Below are positions 50,623 to 62,657 of a DNA stretch of 64,000 nucleotides, piece after piece (within the stretch, counting starts at the first letter, position 1; each line of letters begins with the position of its first letter). This DNA is from Basidiobolus meristosporus CBS 931.73 (lineage: Eukaryota; Fungi; Basidiobolomycota): assembly GCA_002104905.1 (NCBI GenBank), contig MCFE01000370.1, positions 1 through 64,000 of the forward strand. The letters are read 5' to 3'. A program made the translations under genes and the position numbers. The notes beneath the pieces are model-generated. The model searched no databases. It was given only the letters and a program-made list of their open reading frames with translations, and was not told the DNA's origin.

Positions 50623-53430
50623 TTACAGAAAGCGCACTTCATCCACGCCCATGCTTCTTCTAACCTGGATGATGGAGACTATTTCTTTGATGGCTTCCTC
50701 CAGGATTATGACGTTGTCGACGAGTATACAGATTTCCTCCACTTTTACAGGAGGCGGTGGGATGCCTGCGAAGTCCGGCCCGCCATCAGAATCTTGTCCA
50801 TCAAAGGAATTCATGTTCTGCAAAAAGGAGCCATTGATAGGCACAGCATCGGCACTGGACGGTGCGAACAGGTCATCGTCTTCGTCGGAGTCCTCATTGA
50901 TCTTGACCATGGCGGACTTGATCTTGGCCGAGAAGGTTTCTCCGGTATTTCGACTCTCGAACAACGAAGCTCGACGCTCGCTCAACAACTGGTCGAAGTT
51001 GGGCACTTTGGATCGATAGTAAAGGACGTGCTGCGTGAGAATCCTCAACATCAGAAATATGGTGGGGTTCTTTGCCGGAATCGATGAATAGCTGGTTGCG
51101 GCGGTGGTAACACTGGCATTGCTGTAGGATTTAATGGATCTACTATCAGGCTCACAACCGTCCTCGCTGCGATCATCTTCCATATTCTCTTGATCTTGGA
51201 ATGAGGTATCCCCCAAGAAGTCTTCCGCTACCGGGGCTTGGGGCCGGATCTCAGTCATCTCCGGGAGAGTCAACCACCCTTCAAGTGAGCGGCAAGGGCA
51301 CGACGCCAGCGCAGATATGACTCCCGTCAGAGCCAGATTCAAATCGCAAGAATGGGCGAAGAACCTCGAAAGCAGATTCAGTAATATTTGAATCAGGGCA
51401 TCGGTTGGTTTAAGACTGTGCTTACAAACGGTGGCTTTCTCGTCTTTTTTGGCGTTTTCTTCTGACAGGGCGCTTGTCATCGTGGTGTCGTGGGGCTCTT
51501 CCTGATTGTTAAGGTACTTGACGTTCGATAGGTTTGGATGCTTCCTATATTTCCTGCCGATTCCCTTCTTTGCCACAAGGTTTCTATGTAGACGCTCATG
51601 TTCTTCGATCGTAAGCTCCACATCCAACAGGTAATTATCGTATCCCTTGGCCATAGCCATCTGATCGTGGTCCACATCAATGACAGAAAGCAGCGAAAGA
51701 TAAAGATCCAAGATGTGAAGATGCGTATCAATGGACGAGAAGCGTTGATGTGGATGGCCTACGGAAAGTTGCTCGTCGCTCGAGCCCACCATCTCTTCAT
51801 CCACTTGGACCTCAAGCAAGTCAAGGGATTGCCGACAGTGGTGATTGAGCATCGTATGAAGAAGTTTCAGCGAAGCGGTCACAACGTGCTGCGAATTGGA
51901 TTTACAATTGGTGAAGATGAGATCCTTCATGTTGTAGGGAAGAATGGAAGATGACTCAAATCCAACAGAAACATCAACTGATCCAACGCTCGAGTGTAGA
52001 CTCTCAGCATCGGACTCCTTAACCGCAGTGAGCGAGGGAATTTGCGGGGGAAGCTTGTTGGGCTTTTCGAGCTTCTCCGCCTTTTCTTCTTCCGGCTCAT
52101 TTGTACCAGTATTCATCAGGTAGGTGACGATCATGTTATTCAGGTCTTGTTGCGTGATCGACCGAATCAAGACATCTATGTAAGTGATCACCGCAACGGC
52201 AGAGCCGTCGGTATCCGAGCATTCAAGCAAGGAGGGGTACAGGATGTTTTCAAGGAACAGTGTTTTGACATTCGAGAGCAGAGTGTTGCATATTCCCGAG
52301 CTTGGGCAACGGTCAAGGATTTCTTGGGTGAAGTTCAGATATTTCAGGAACAACTCCAGTTGAAATTTAAACTCTGGAGAGGATGTGGGCTCTGCATCCT
52401 CCAGATCCTCCTCGACAGCTGCCACACCATTCTGTCCAAGGCCGTTGTCTCTTGGCTTTCCATCTATGGTGGACGTTACTCGAAGCTTCCGAGGGAGCTG
52501 TGAATAAAAGGCGCCCAAACCAGCGGCAACAATGGTGCAAAAGTCACTGTTCTTGAGGATGAAGTCTCGCAAGGCTCCAGTGGCTAGCTCGATGATATAC
52601 AGTACAGAGTGACGCGTATAGTCTCCAGTTTTCCCCTCCTTGTGAATGAACATTAGTAGATACGAAAAGAGAACAAATTCGTATTCTGCTTTTGGCTCCG
52701 AGAGTTTGGAGGGCGAATCTGGTCGGTGTTCAATTTTTGAGAGACTGTAGAGCTTATTGGTAGTCTTCTGGGAAGTTGGTGTGGTCTTTTGCGGGGTTTT
52801 CAGCCATTCTTTATCGTGAAAAAAAATATGAAGCAGCTCGGGATACCCATGAATCTTGTAGCACAGGTTCCGCATGAGCTCCACAATCTCTTCAGAGTAA
52901 AGCTCATACTGGGTCCTCTCACTCATGCAGCTGTGAAGTAGCTTTAAGGTTGGGGCGTGAACAGCATGGTGAATCAGGAACTTGTCATCTAGCAAATTTA
53001 TCATGTTTGAAACAGCTCTAATGGTTTCCCCTCGAATTCCAGGTGGCACATCAGCCTCAGAAAGTTGTACCAGTGAATCGATAATGTTGTTCTTCAGGGC
53101 ATACTCCATGCATGCACCAGTAGTCCCCTCATCAGTTCGAATTTCCTCTTGCACCAAGGTATCTATCATTAACTTTACCAATTCGGTTAAACTATTATCT
53201 TTAATTATCGCCTCTTTCTTTCTGTTTTCCAAGAGCTGGGCCTATCCACCAATGTTGAGAAGGAGGAAAAGTCAACTGTTAGTTGTGCAGACGAGCAACA
53301 ATTTGGCCTAAAGAAGAATGCTCACTTGACAGGAAGTCCAGTATTTCTGGAACTTCGCCAGCTGTACAGCGCCTGTGGGTTGCGGCTTAACACCTATCAC
53401 TTTTTGTTTGAGCCTTGTAAAATAGTCCAT
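50623..53430 (-). CDS. FHIP/FAM160 (FTS-Hook-interacting, RAI16-like) protein, 2 exons
   Basis: GTTGACMEYALKNNIIDSLV, LCYKIHGYPELLHIFF, EFVLFSYLLMFIHKEGKTGDYTR, FLENILYPSLLE, NLALTGVISALASCP, NVIILEEAIKEIVSIIQVRRS. Confidence 0.88.
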
Positions 53431-53703
53431 AACACAACAGGGCCAAGTGGTAGAGGTTGGCTAGATAACGTTCGAATATTCACCATCACCAAATAGGTGA
53501 TTCCAATGTCAACACGATTGATTTTCAATTTGACGGTAATTATCAGGAATTCATGGAGTGAATCAGCACAAATTTGGAGAATATGTTCGCTTGATTATAT
53601 GCTGAATCAACCCTATTCAGACAATACGCTTGATTTCGCTCATTTATTTCCACAAAACTAGACAGCGGGTTGATTTTATTCTTCTAATCATGTTCAAGAC
53701 AAT

Positions 53704-55235
53704 CTATATTACAGACAAGTCATTTAGCGCCACACAGACAGCTGCTTTGTTGTGGCCGGTGTACTGCCGAATAGTTTCTCCTTTGGATAGCTCCCATAGG
53801 CGCGAAACATGATCCGATGATGCTACAAACCATGAACAACGGTTATCACGAGCACAAAGAGACCTCCAAATATCGTATCAAACCTGTTACTAAATAGGCA
53901 GAGTCGGCCGAGAATGCACAATCCCAAACCCATCGCTGGTGTCCCTGCAATGTTCTTACAGGTTCGAACTTATAATCTGCGGTATTCCAGATCTTGACTG
54001 TTGTATCGGCTGAGCATGTTGCCAACAATCTGAACAACATAAAGTTAGATATGGGAATGTGGCCATGGCTGCAATAAACAAAATCTACTTAGTATCAGGG
54101 CTGAGTAAAGCTCGAAGTAGATAGGTAGAGTGAGCCGAAAACGTCGCAGTTGGACGCAAGTCCGAAAAGTCGGGATTTGATGTTCTCCAAACATAGCAAT
54201 TGCCCTGTGAGAAGTCCCCGAATATAAATCAGTATCAGGTCTTCTCAGTTCGCTGCCTATGGACTTACTTTGTTGTTTCCAGCAACCAGCATAGACCCAT
54301 CACCAGCGACCGTGACTGAGCGAACGGGAACATCCTCCTCAGGTACCTAATGAAACAAGCGTATCAACACGAGGTTGTCAAGTTCCAAGAAGAGTTGATC
54401 TTACAAGCTCGTATGAGCAGCAATTTTCTCCAAGATCCCATATCTTGATGCTTCCATTTTGATCACACGAAACGATCTCTCCTTGGTTGGGATGAATGGC
54501 AACATCGTTCACAGGTCCTTTATGATCATAATTACGTTGGATAGCCGGTGCTCTGCAGTGGGCAAAGTTCAGGAAAACGCTTCACTCGAAAGCATGACTT
54601 ATTCATTACCTGACATCCCAAATTTTTACAGTGCCGTCTTCACTACCAGTGGCCATCCATTTTCCCTCAATATGAAACGCTACTGAGGTGATGTTACCAG
54701 TATGTCCGTCGAAAGAAACCACCTGGCTAGAGTGAGTATTTTCCCATGACTCTATTACAAGTAGAGAGCAACTTACAGGATTGGGGTTTGTGCTATTGAT
54801 ATCGTAGAGGCGAACATGTTGGTTCCCTAGAACAGAAAGAAATTACGAATCAATTGACTTGAATGATGCAAAAAGAATCAGGAAATAACAACCAGCTGCG
54901 GCAAGGTATCTTTTGTCTGGTGAGATGCACAATCTGTTTACTTGCTTGAAAAGAAAGAAGCATTAATTAAGGGATTCTAGGAATGTAACGAAACGCTTCA
55001 ACACTAACAGAGTCTGGATGTTGAATAGTTCTAGAGCAAACACCGCTGAGAGCCTCCCAAAAACGAATGGTATGATCATAACCAGCTGTCACCAAGATCA
55101 CCGAATGCGCCTCTTGCGTGGGTGGTTGCTGCTGCTGCTGTGGATAGTGATGAGCGGTGTTTTTTCTAGACAACAGCGTTAATCAAAGAACGCGCCTGAG
55201 GGGACTGTCTTCGCTCACCTAGAGTAAACGGGCAT
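53704..55235 (-). CDS. LST8: TOR complex WD40 subunit Lst8, multi-exon
   Basis: [92 protein letters not shown]. Confidence 0.95.
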
Positions 55236-55539
55236 TGGAAGAAGTTGAAATGATAGTACAAGTACGAAATCAACTTGGTCTTGATACTACGTATTAGTAC
55301 TTGGTTATTAATGGCTTTAAGAATGGTTGCTCAATAAACCTAATCAAAACCCGGATCAAGTCGAACAATCATTTAAAATCAGCTTGTATGCACAAGTTAA
55401 GTCAACAGATCAGATTAAAAAATGTAGATTTTATTAAACCACTCGTGTGGCCAAGTTACAAATACATGATGATATGTATTAGAGTGAAGCCCCTCTATAT
55501 TGTATTGTATACCGCCCATGAATTGCACGAGATGCTGGC

Positions 55540-57598
55540 TTAAATACCAAATCCGCTAAAGTTACTTGCGTACTGCATAGGGCGTACATTTGGATGAGGC
55601 TAGAGAAACTGTTAGCGCTGTTGAGATTAAAGAAATGTGTCTTCACATACCACAGCCTCGAATGTCTTGTAGGTTAGTTTCAGGTCAGGAGTGACATTTA
55701 TGTAAGCCCCCTTGTTGCCCACCGAGTCGCTGTTAAGGAATGGTGAGATGGGTGTTGGACCGACGCGTACTCCAGGTGAAAGAAGCTTACCAATAGTTGG
55801 GTGCTGAGAAAACGGTAACACACTTTCCGTTATGCTCAATAACATAACCATTGTCCTTGACCTCGTGACTACGAATGACAAGATCTAGAGCAACCAAGTT
55901 AGCGTTTAGCCATACAAAGGATGGAGTTTGAAGGGGACCACTCACCCAAATCGTTAGTCTTCAGGAAATTCTCGGTAACATCAGGGCCGAATTGAAGGCC
56001 GACTCCACGCTTGCTAGGGCCACGGCCCATCTGGGGTTGGGGGTCTGACCAGAGCATCTCGCACATAAGACCTTCATGGCCTGGCTGGGAGAATCTATCG
56101 ATCTTGCGGATCTCGTCAAGAGTAACGTTGTCTCTGCTAAAGAGTCCTCCGTGGACAACAAAGATTTTGTTTTGGACAACGTGGGCAAGTGGAAGAACGT
56201 TGAAGGTCTCCGTGAACAGCTTGAACATAGTCTCAGAGAACTTGCTCTTGACCTCACCCTCGAAACCATACACCTTGTTCATGTCAATTGTCTCGTGGTT
56301 TCCTCTGGTCATGAACAAAGCACCAGGATACAACCAACGATAGGCAAGCAATGTAAATATAACCTCAAGGGAGAAGCTACCACGGTCAACAAAGTCACCA
56401 TTGAAGAGGTAAATGTTGGTGGGCGAGGGTTTCCCGTTGAGCTCGAAGATATTGAGCAGGTCGTAGAATTGGCCTGTGCAGAAACCTTGGTGAGACATGA
56501 TGAACCAGCGAGCTGTATGGTGTGGGATGGTATTTACCGTGAACATCACCGCAGACCGTCAAGGTGGCGTCTTCAGGGATGGAAACGTCGACAAGACTGG
56601 GCATTTCCTTGAATATCTTCTTGGCTGCCAAAAGGATCTAGCGGTAAAGAAGGTCGATCAGAAGTCCAATGGGTCGTTCGCAATGCCGAGCAATACCTGA
56701 TACGAGTACTTCTTGTGGATCTTCTTTTGATTTCTGAAGCGCTCGATCATATCCTCAACGAATTCCAAATCGATCTGGTTATCTTTGATGTGTGCACCGT
56801 CGTATGAAGACTCCACAACTACGCAAAAGTGGTTTCAGTCAGTCTCGGATGATGGGTAAGTTCCAAGTATTGAACAGTCAACCTATCGAGTCAACGTCAA
56901 GCGAATCCGCCACGCTACGACTCAGCTCATCTACCTCAATGGCTTTTTCGAACTCGATTCTACGAACAATCTTTTCGCATTCGGCGAGTTTTTTCACGGC
57001 ATCTGCATCACGAGGTGCTTTTTTCACGACCTAGTATCGTGTCATGTTGGTCAACGCTACAAGGGTTCAGTGGCGATAGCGGACTTACGATTCTAAAATC
57101 TCTCAAACTCTCCTTGAACTTGCACAATGCCATGTTGGCAATACCCCTTCTGTAGTAGCCCTGGATAAAAAAGTCAGCTTACTGCACTTACCCCCTACGC
57201 TGGGCGCTACCTACCTTCACATAGTTGGGATCTGTCTCGATGGCCTTTTCAGCATCTCTGAGGTAGGGAGAATGTTAGGACGCGCGACTGAGCTTAGAGG
57301 AAGTAAAAGGATGGAACCTGATGGCGTAACCGTAAGCCTCAGTTTTTGTGTGAGCAAGGGCACGGTTAGCGTAATAAGAGGCCACAAAAGGATTGGCTTC
57401 GATGGCTTCGTTGTATTTTTCGATGGCTTCTTTGTACTTTTTGGCTTGTCGAAGTAGTGTTTAGATCCCTGGGAAACAAAGTGATAGGCAACCATAAGAC
57501 CTACCAGCAAAGAGTTTGTTAGCTTCTCCTTTGACCGCTTCAGCCCTTTCTTTTTCTACGTCTGACACAGCCATTTGGGTGTTCTGCTCGTTGGACAT
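55540..57598 (-). CDS. PPT1: Ser/Thr protein phosphatase 5 (TPR plus PPP catalytic domain), multi-exon
   Basis: N-terminal TPRs ([24 protein letters not shown]), [74 protein letters not shown]. Confidence 0.95.
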
Positions 57599-57849
57599 GC
57601 TTCCTTTGCCGTAACGTAGGTTCAGGAGCGATTTTTTAGCTCTAGTTTAAAAATACCCAGGCTTACACCATGTCTGCTGAGCGATCGGGAAAAAAAAAGC
57701 TTCTCAACCACCAATCTGCCACCAATCTGCCACCAATTTGCGATTGTAAACTTGACTAAACCTGGCTAAACTGATCTGTGACAGTGTTTCTCCATTTGGG
57801 CAGTATAATACTTACGAAATGTCTATAATTTATTTATTATATATTCATT

Positions 57850-58924
57850 TCAGTCATCAATATCGTAGAGCCCAGTTGTCACAGGGGCGTTGTGTCTGTA
57901 GCTCTCGAACTCACTTTCTGACTGGTCATCCGAGTCCTCGTCAATATAGTTCTCATCGCCATCGTCCTCTACAATCTCCTCGGCAGAATATGAGGAGGAT
58001 GGCTCGCTGCTCGATTCATGGAACAGTCTTCTGGCGTTGGCTTCCACTGTGTTCATGACTTCCTCATCGTCTATGCACTCTATCAGGTCCTCCAACGTCA
58101 TGTCCAGATCGGCTAACGATGGCTCTAGTAGTCGGAATATTTTGATCGCGTCTTCTTCAGTCAACTCTTCGCCATCCTCCTCCTCCTCCTCGTCGCTATC
58201 ACTTTGTTTGTCGGCCTTTTTCATTACCATTGGCTGTTTTCCTTTCTTATTGGCAGAAATATTCCAGTCCCAGAGAGGCACAAATGACTCGAAGAATCCG
58301 ACATCTTCAAATAAGTTAGGGAATATCCAGATGCCAGGCTTACAGATGATGTAGGTAGATACATAGAACGCCAGCCGGATGATGGAGATGGCCATAAGTA
58401 GCCCCAGCAAGCTGATGGCTGTGACAGATAAATACCAAGCACCGTCCCGCATGAAAGCCGGCCAAAGTGGGAACATCACGAAGAATAACACCAGAGCCAC
58501 CAAGCCAATGGCCCCCAAAATGGTTCGAAGTTGGGAGCCTTCATAGAGCCAGACAAAGCAACCGTTCTCGGTAAACTTGCGAACAGGCATCATAGTCAGG
58601 GAGTCCCCGCTCTTGTGACAGCTTGCAATCAGGCCGTGATCCAAAAGCGTTTGAAGCACGCTCTCTGCCTCCTCTCTTGAGGCAACCTTGGGCCGAGCCT
58701 TATTGGGATAGCCAGCACCTAGTAGGGAGGCGCATGCGCTAGAGCCTGACCACAAACCAGTTTAGTTAGGAGCATAGGCCAGGGACGAACGCCCACTTAC
58801 CTTTGAAGTATTTTACTCTCCTCTCGTTCATGATTCCTTCTTTGACTTTTAGCCCGGATTGCTCCGTTTTCAATAAATAATCCGCCACCTTTAAGCATTG
58901 TTGGAGAACATCTTGGGAAGCCAT
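57850..58924 (-). CDS. SEC62: Translocon subunit Sec62, 2 exons, with an extended acidic C-terminus
   Basis: GIMNERRVKYFKG, FVWLYEG, two TM helices (..VMFPLWPAFMRDGAWYLSV.., IRLAFYV), PGIWIFPNLFEDVGFFESFVPLWDW. Confidence 0.92.
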
Positions 58925-59183
58925 GGGAACGATTTAGGCGCAAGCACAATAAAGTCGATGGAAATGTGACGGCCAATTTATAGGCACCCTTCTGTTATTT
59001 GACACTTATCGGAGGAATTTGGATTTCATACATCAACATGAAATGGATAGTTTCGTGCTATGCGAAAGGTTTCGACGTTTGATGTTGGGTTTCCAAACAT
59101 AGGACGTGTATGCTCAGTGATTTATTCATGGTATACGGAGGGGGGGGGGTAAATATGAAGGCATCTGAAGTTTGCCTGTGTTA

Positions 59184-59861
59184 TCAAAAATGGTCCAAAG
59201 TCATTTGCTTCGCTATATCAGTAGTCTCAACGAACTTACGAAACTCCTCAAAACTTATCTTGCCATCGCCATCCTGATCGGCTTCCGCGATAGTCTTGTC
59301 CACAATTTGCTGTAACCGAATGTCTTTGATATTGTTACCCACCATCATCTTCAACACCAAAAACAGCTCCCCATTGGAGATGTATCCATCGCGATCCATG
59401 TCATAAACCTTGAAAGCATCTGTGGAGAGGAGGCTTGTGTTAGCATGGTCTTCCTGCAAGCAAGAAACGCCTGTGTTCGGGGGAGGTGAAGATGCTTACA
59501 TAGGAGTTTTTCGGATTTATTTCCCTTTGCGCTGAAACTACTCAAGCCGCGAATGAATTCCTCAAAGTCAACATCTCCCCCACCGTCCTCATCAAGAACA
59601 GCGATCATACGTTGAGCCAGAGGGTTCGTGGCAATCTGCGGAAGGGCCAAGAACTCATCTTTGTCAATTGAGCCACTCCCATCCCTATCTAACTTTTGAA
59701 AACGTTTGTAAAGACGCTGAATCTCCTCCGCTGTGACTGAATTTGGAAAGTACAACAAAGGGCAACCATTAGGTGCGTGCCTTACGAAGTGTGAGCTACA
59801 TCCACTTACAGTTGGAGGAGTTCACCATGCTGTCAAGCTGCGCGGACTGATTATTACCCAT
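59184..59861 (-). CDS. CNB1: Calcineurin regulatory subunit B, 3 exons
   Basis: MGN- myristoylation-type start, [57 protein letters not shown]. Confidence 0.96.
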
Positions 59862-60153
59862 CCCGAACTATCTGGGGGTTGTGAATTTCCTAATAGTGTT
59901 CTTCTTGATAAAGTGAGGGATTCCAAAACGGAAACGCCAGTCGCTTTGGGTATAGAAGCAATTAAGGTTGGCTGGTTGTATGCGCAGTCGAAACATATAC
60001 TCGATAAGCGTTGAATCATATGCTCGATATTTTAATTACTGAATTAATGGACATTGAGAGCAGATCGAAAATGATAGGATTCGAACTACACTGAGGGTGG
60101 TTTAATACTTGATAAAAATTTCGACGCTTCTGCGATACTTTCTCTACGAAAAT

Positions 60154-61059
60154 ATGGCAACAAACTTGTGGAGTGATTCAAAGGCAAGAAACAAAGTCCT
60201 AACAAATGCCGCTTTGACAGGTACGGCAACACCAATCTAATGACCGCAGCCGGCGTGGACAGTTCATGCTGCAATGACAGCGACATACTCACGAAACGTT
60301 TTCATTTACCTTGCTTGTAGCCGTGGGTGGATCTTTGTTAGGAGCAACAGCTGCTATTATAACTAGAAAGCCAGTGAAGTCCTGGGCTTTCAATACTGGT
60401 GCGAATTTTGGAATCTTTGGATTGACGTTCTTTTGTGAGTTCGTTTGCTTTGCCTATGCTCGAAACGCTTCAACCACTTAACTGAGCCTCGAAATAGCCC
60501 TGCGCCATTCTCTAATGACCATTCAACGAGAGAAAAATGTCCCATTAGATCTGAAAGATGGTGTGACTCGTGACGTCGATGAATTATATAGTAGTATATT
60601 GGCTGGTGCAGCAGCTGGTGGAGTGTTTGCCGCCATGACACGTAAGTGAAGTAGGGACCTCCACCTATACATCCGCATCCTAACTGGGTTCTTACAGGTG
60701 GACAAAGCGCCATGCTCTCGGGGGCAACCACGTTTGGTCTGCTCTGTGGGGTTGGGCAATTTGCATATACAAAAGTCTATCGTTACCGTCAACAACTCAT
60801 CCTCGAGGCACGCAACACAGCGCCTATAGACGTAGAAGCTGAACAAACCGTCGTTGAAAACAAGCCTATTATGGAGCGGGTCATTGATTATCTCACTGAG
60901 GTCGAATGGTCCCCTCTCAAGAAACTCTCAAACGATGAATATCGTGAGATCTTGAAGGAAAAGCTTGTCGTTCTTGACACAGAGCTTGCCGACTTGGATC
61001 GAATGATTGCCGAGTCTGAAGCCAAGTCCCGAGAAATCTTGGGCCAGAATGCTGCTTAA
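60154..61059 (+). CDS. Uncharacterised Tim17/Tim22/Tim23-like membrane protein with a C-terminal coiled coil, 4 exons
   Basis: Gly/Ala-rich helices (AVGGSLLGATAA, NFGIFGLTFF, SSILAGAAAGG, SGATTFGLLCG) and tail WSPLKKLSNDEYREILKEKL..DTELADLD. Confidence 0.65.
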
Positions 61060-61304
61060 TCTTGTCCCCTCTTGTCACCTCCATCACTGTCTCAATCATG
61101 TATCACTTCATTCCATTTGAAACAATAAAACATAGCCTCACAGGGCCTCGAAATGTTGCAATTCCCCCGGATAACATTGGCTACAGTGTGGCCCTTCGCA
61201 GGAAAATTTAGTATGGCTGAGATGAGCCTTTTGGGATGGACGGGATTGTGTGCAAATTTCTCTTCGAGGTAAATTAAGCACAATCGATTTCCCCTGCCAC
61301 TCTC

Positions 61305-62606
61305 ATGTTTCATTTGGCCTGTAGAAATGTGGTGAAAGCGAACTGGAGGGGCGCCCAAACCCTACAATTAGCGCGGAACTTCTCGGGAGCCTCCATAAAC
61401 CTTGGGAAGCGGAGTCTTCCAAGAGAGGTGAAAACGAAAGGCATAACCGTGCCCAAGGATGCCTACCTCATGTCCGATAAAATCAAGAAACTCGCTAGCA
61501 ATGATAAACTCGCAGACGCCATTGCTTTGGTGATGAATTCGCCCTTGAGAGCGCAGTCCACTGTCGTGTGGAACCACCTTATTGATGAGTGTGGTAAGAA
61601 GCAAATGGTTGGGAAGGCATTCAAACTTTTCCAAGAGGTATGTACTTTGGATATTGCTTACGCCCAACGCAACCCATTCACCAAGCCATACCTGGTTCCC
61701 TAGATGAAACGCCGTGGCCACGCGCCCAATGAGAAAACCTTCACCATTTTGATTAATGCTTGCGCAAACTCCGTTTCTGCCTCTCCTACAGCACTCCAAA
61801 AAGCACTGGAGCTGTATAATAAGATGGTCCAATCCGACTCTCCCCCCTCCTTGGTTCATACCAACACGCTGATCAAGGCCTGCTCCCGAGCCGGCGACAT
61901 GAAAACTCTTGCTGATTCATATAACAGCCTGGATACTCGAGGACCCGGCGCCCCCGACGTTGTAACGTACAATCTAGTTATCAGTGCATTTGCACACAAA
62001 GGAGGTGATGATGGGTTCAAGTTTGCTTTCCAGGTATGGGAAGACTTCCGCAGAGACCTAAGGCAGTATGAAAAATCACAAGTCAAGCGGCAAGACGATT
62101 ATGACCCATACGCTGATCTATATCAAAGCCAACGGAGACGCACCATTCCAGAGCGTAACATGCGACTTGATGTTGAGATAGTGAACTCGATCCTCCTTGC
62201 CTGTAAGAATGCCGACTCGAAGGAGAATATCGAGCAGGCATTTACCATTCTCAGCGACGTGTACGGATTGGGCAGGGTGCGTGAGAAGTTGTCCCACTAT
62301 GGACTGGGCAATGAGGCAGATGAGCTGAGCAATATAGAAAACGCCGCATACTTGAGGCCCAAGCGCAGTACAGTTGACCTCATTATCGGGATATGCCTGA
62401 AGGCCAAGGAATTCCAACGTGGCGTTGATTATTATTCCGAGATTGTCCAGAAGTACCCGACCCTTCAGCTAGACATCCAAAATTTCTCCACCGTTTCGTT
62501 TCTCTTCCTTCGCCGCATTGCGGAAATACACGGCCACCGGGGGTCCCTTTACGACTCGCAGAGCTTCAAAGTTCGTAGAAATATAGAGAATGCGGACGGA
62601 AAATAG
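61305..62606 (+). CDS. Mitochondrial pentatricopeptide-repeat protein, 2 exons (3' end approximate)
   Basis: Presequence-like N-terminus, VVWNHLIDECGK..AFKLFQEMKRRGHAPNEKTFTILINAC, TNTLIKACSRAG, DVVTYNLVISAF. Confidence 0.85.
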
Positions 62607-62657
62607 TGTACCATTCGAAGTATAATAAATATGTGTATTTGCTGATCTGTTTATTCT

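Noticed and set aside
55730-55790. TTCCTTAAC (U12-type branch consensus) in a PP5 intron
   Set aside because: The donor is GTAAGC (U2 type) and the motif abuts the AG. I found no GTATCCTT/ATATCCTT donors at any inferred exon boundary.
57709-57735. ACCAATCTGCC tandem 11-mer (also a 12-mer doublet at about 9222-9245 and poly-G at about 59139-59149)
   Set aside because: Simple slippage repeats with no evidence of function.
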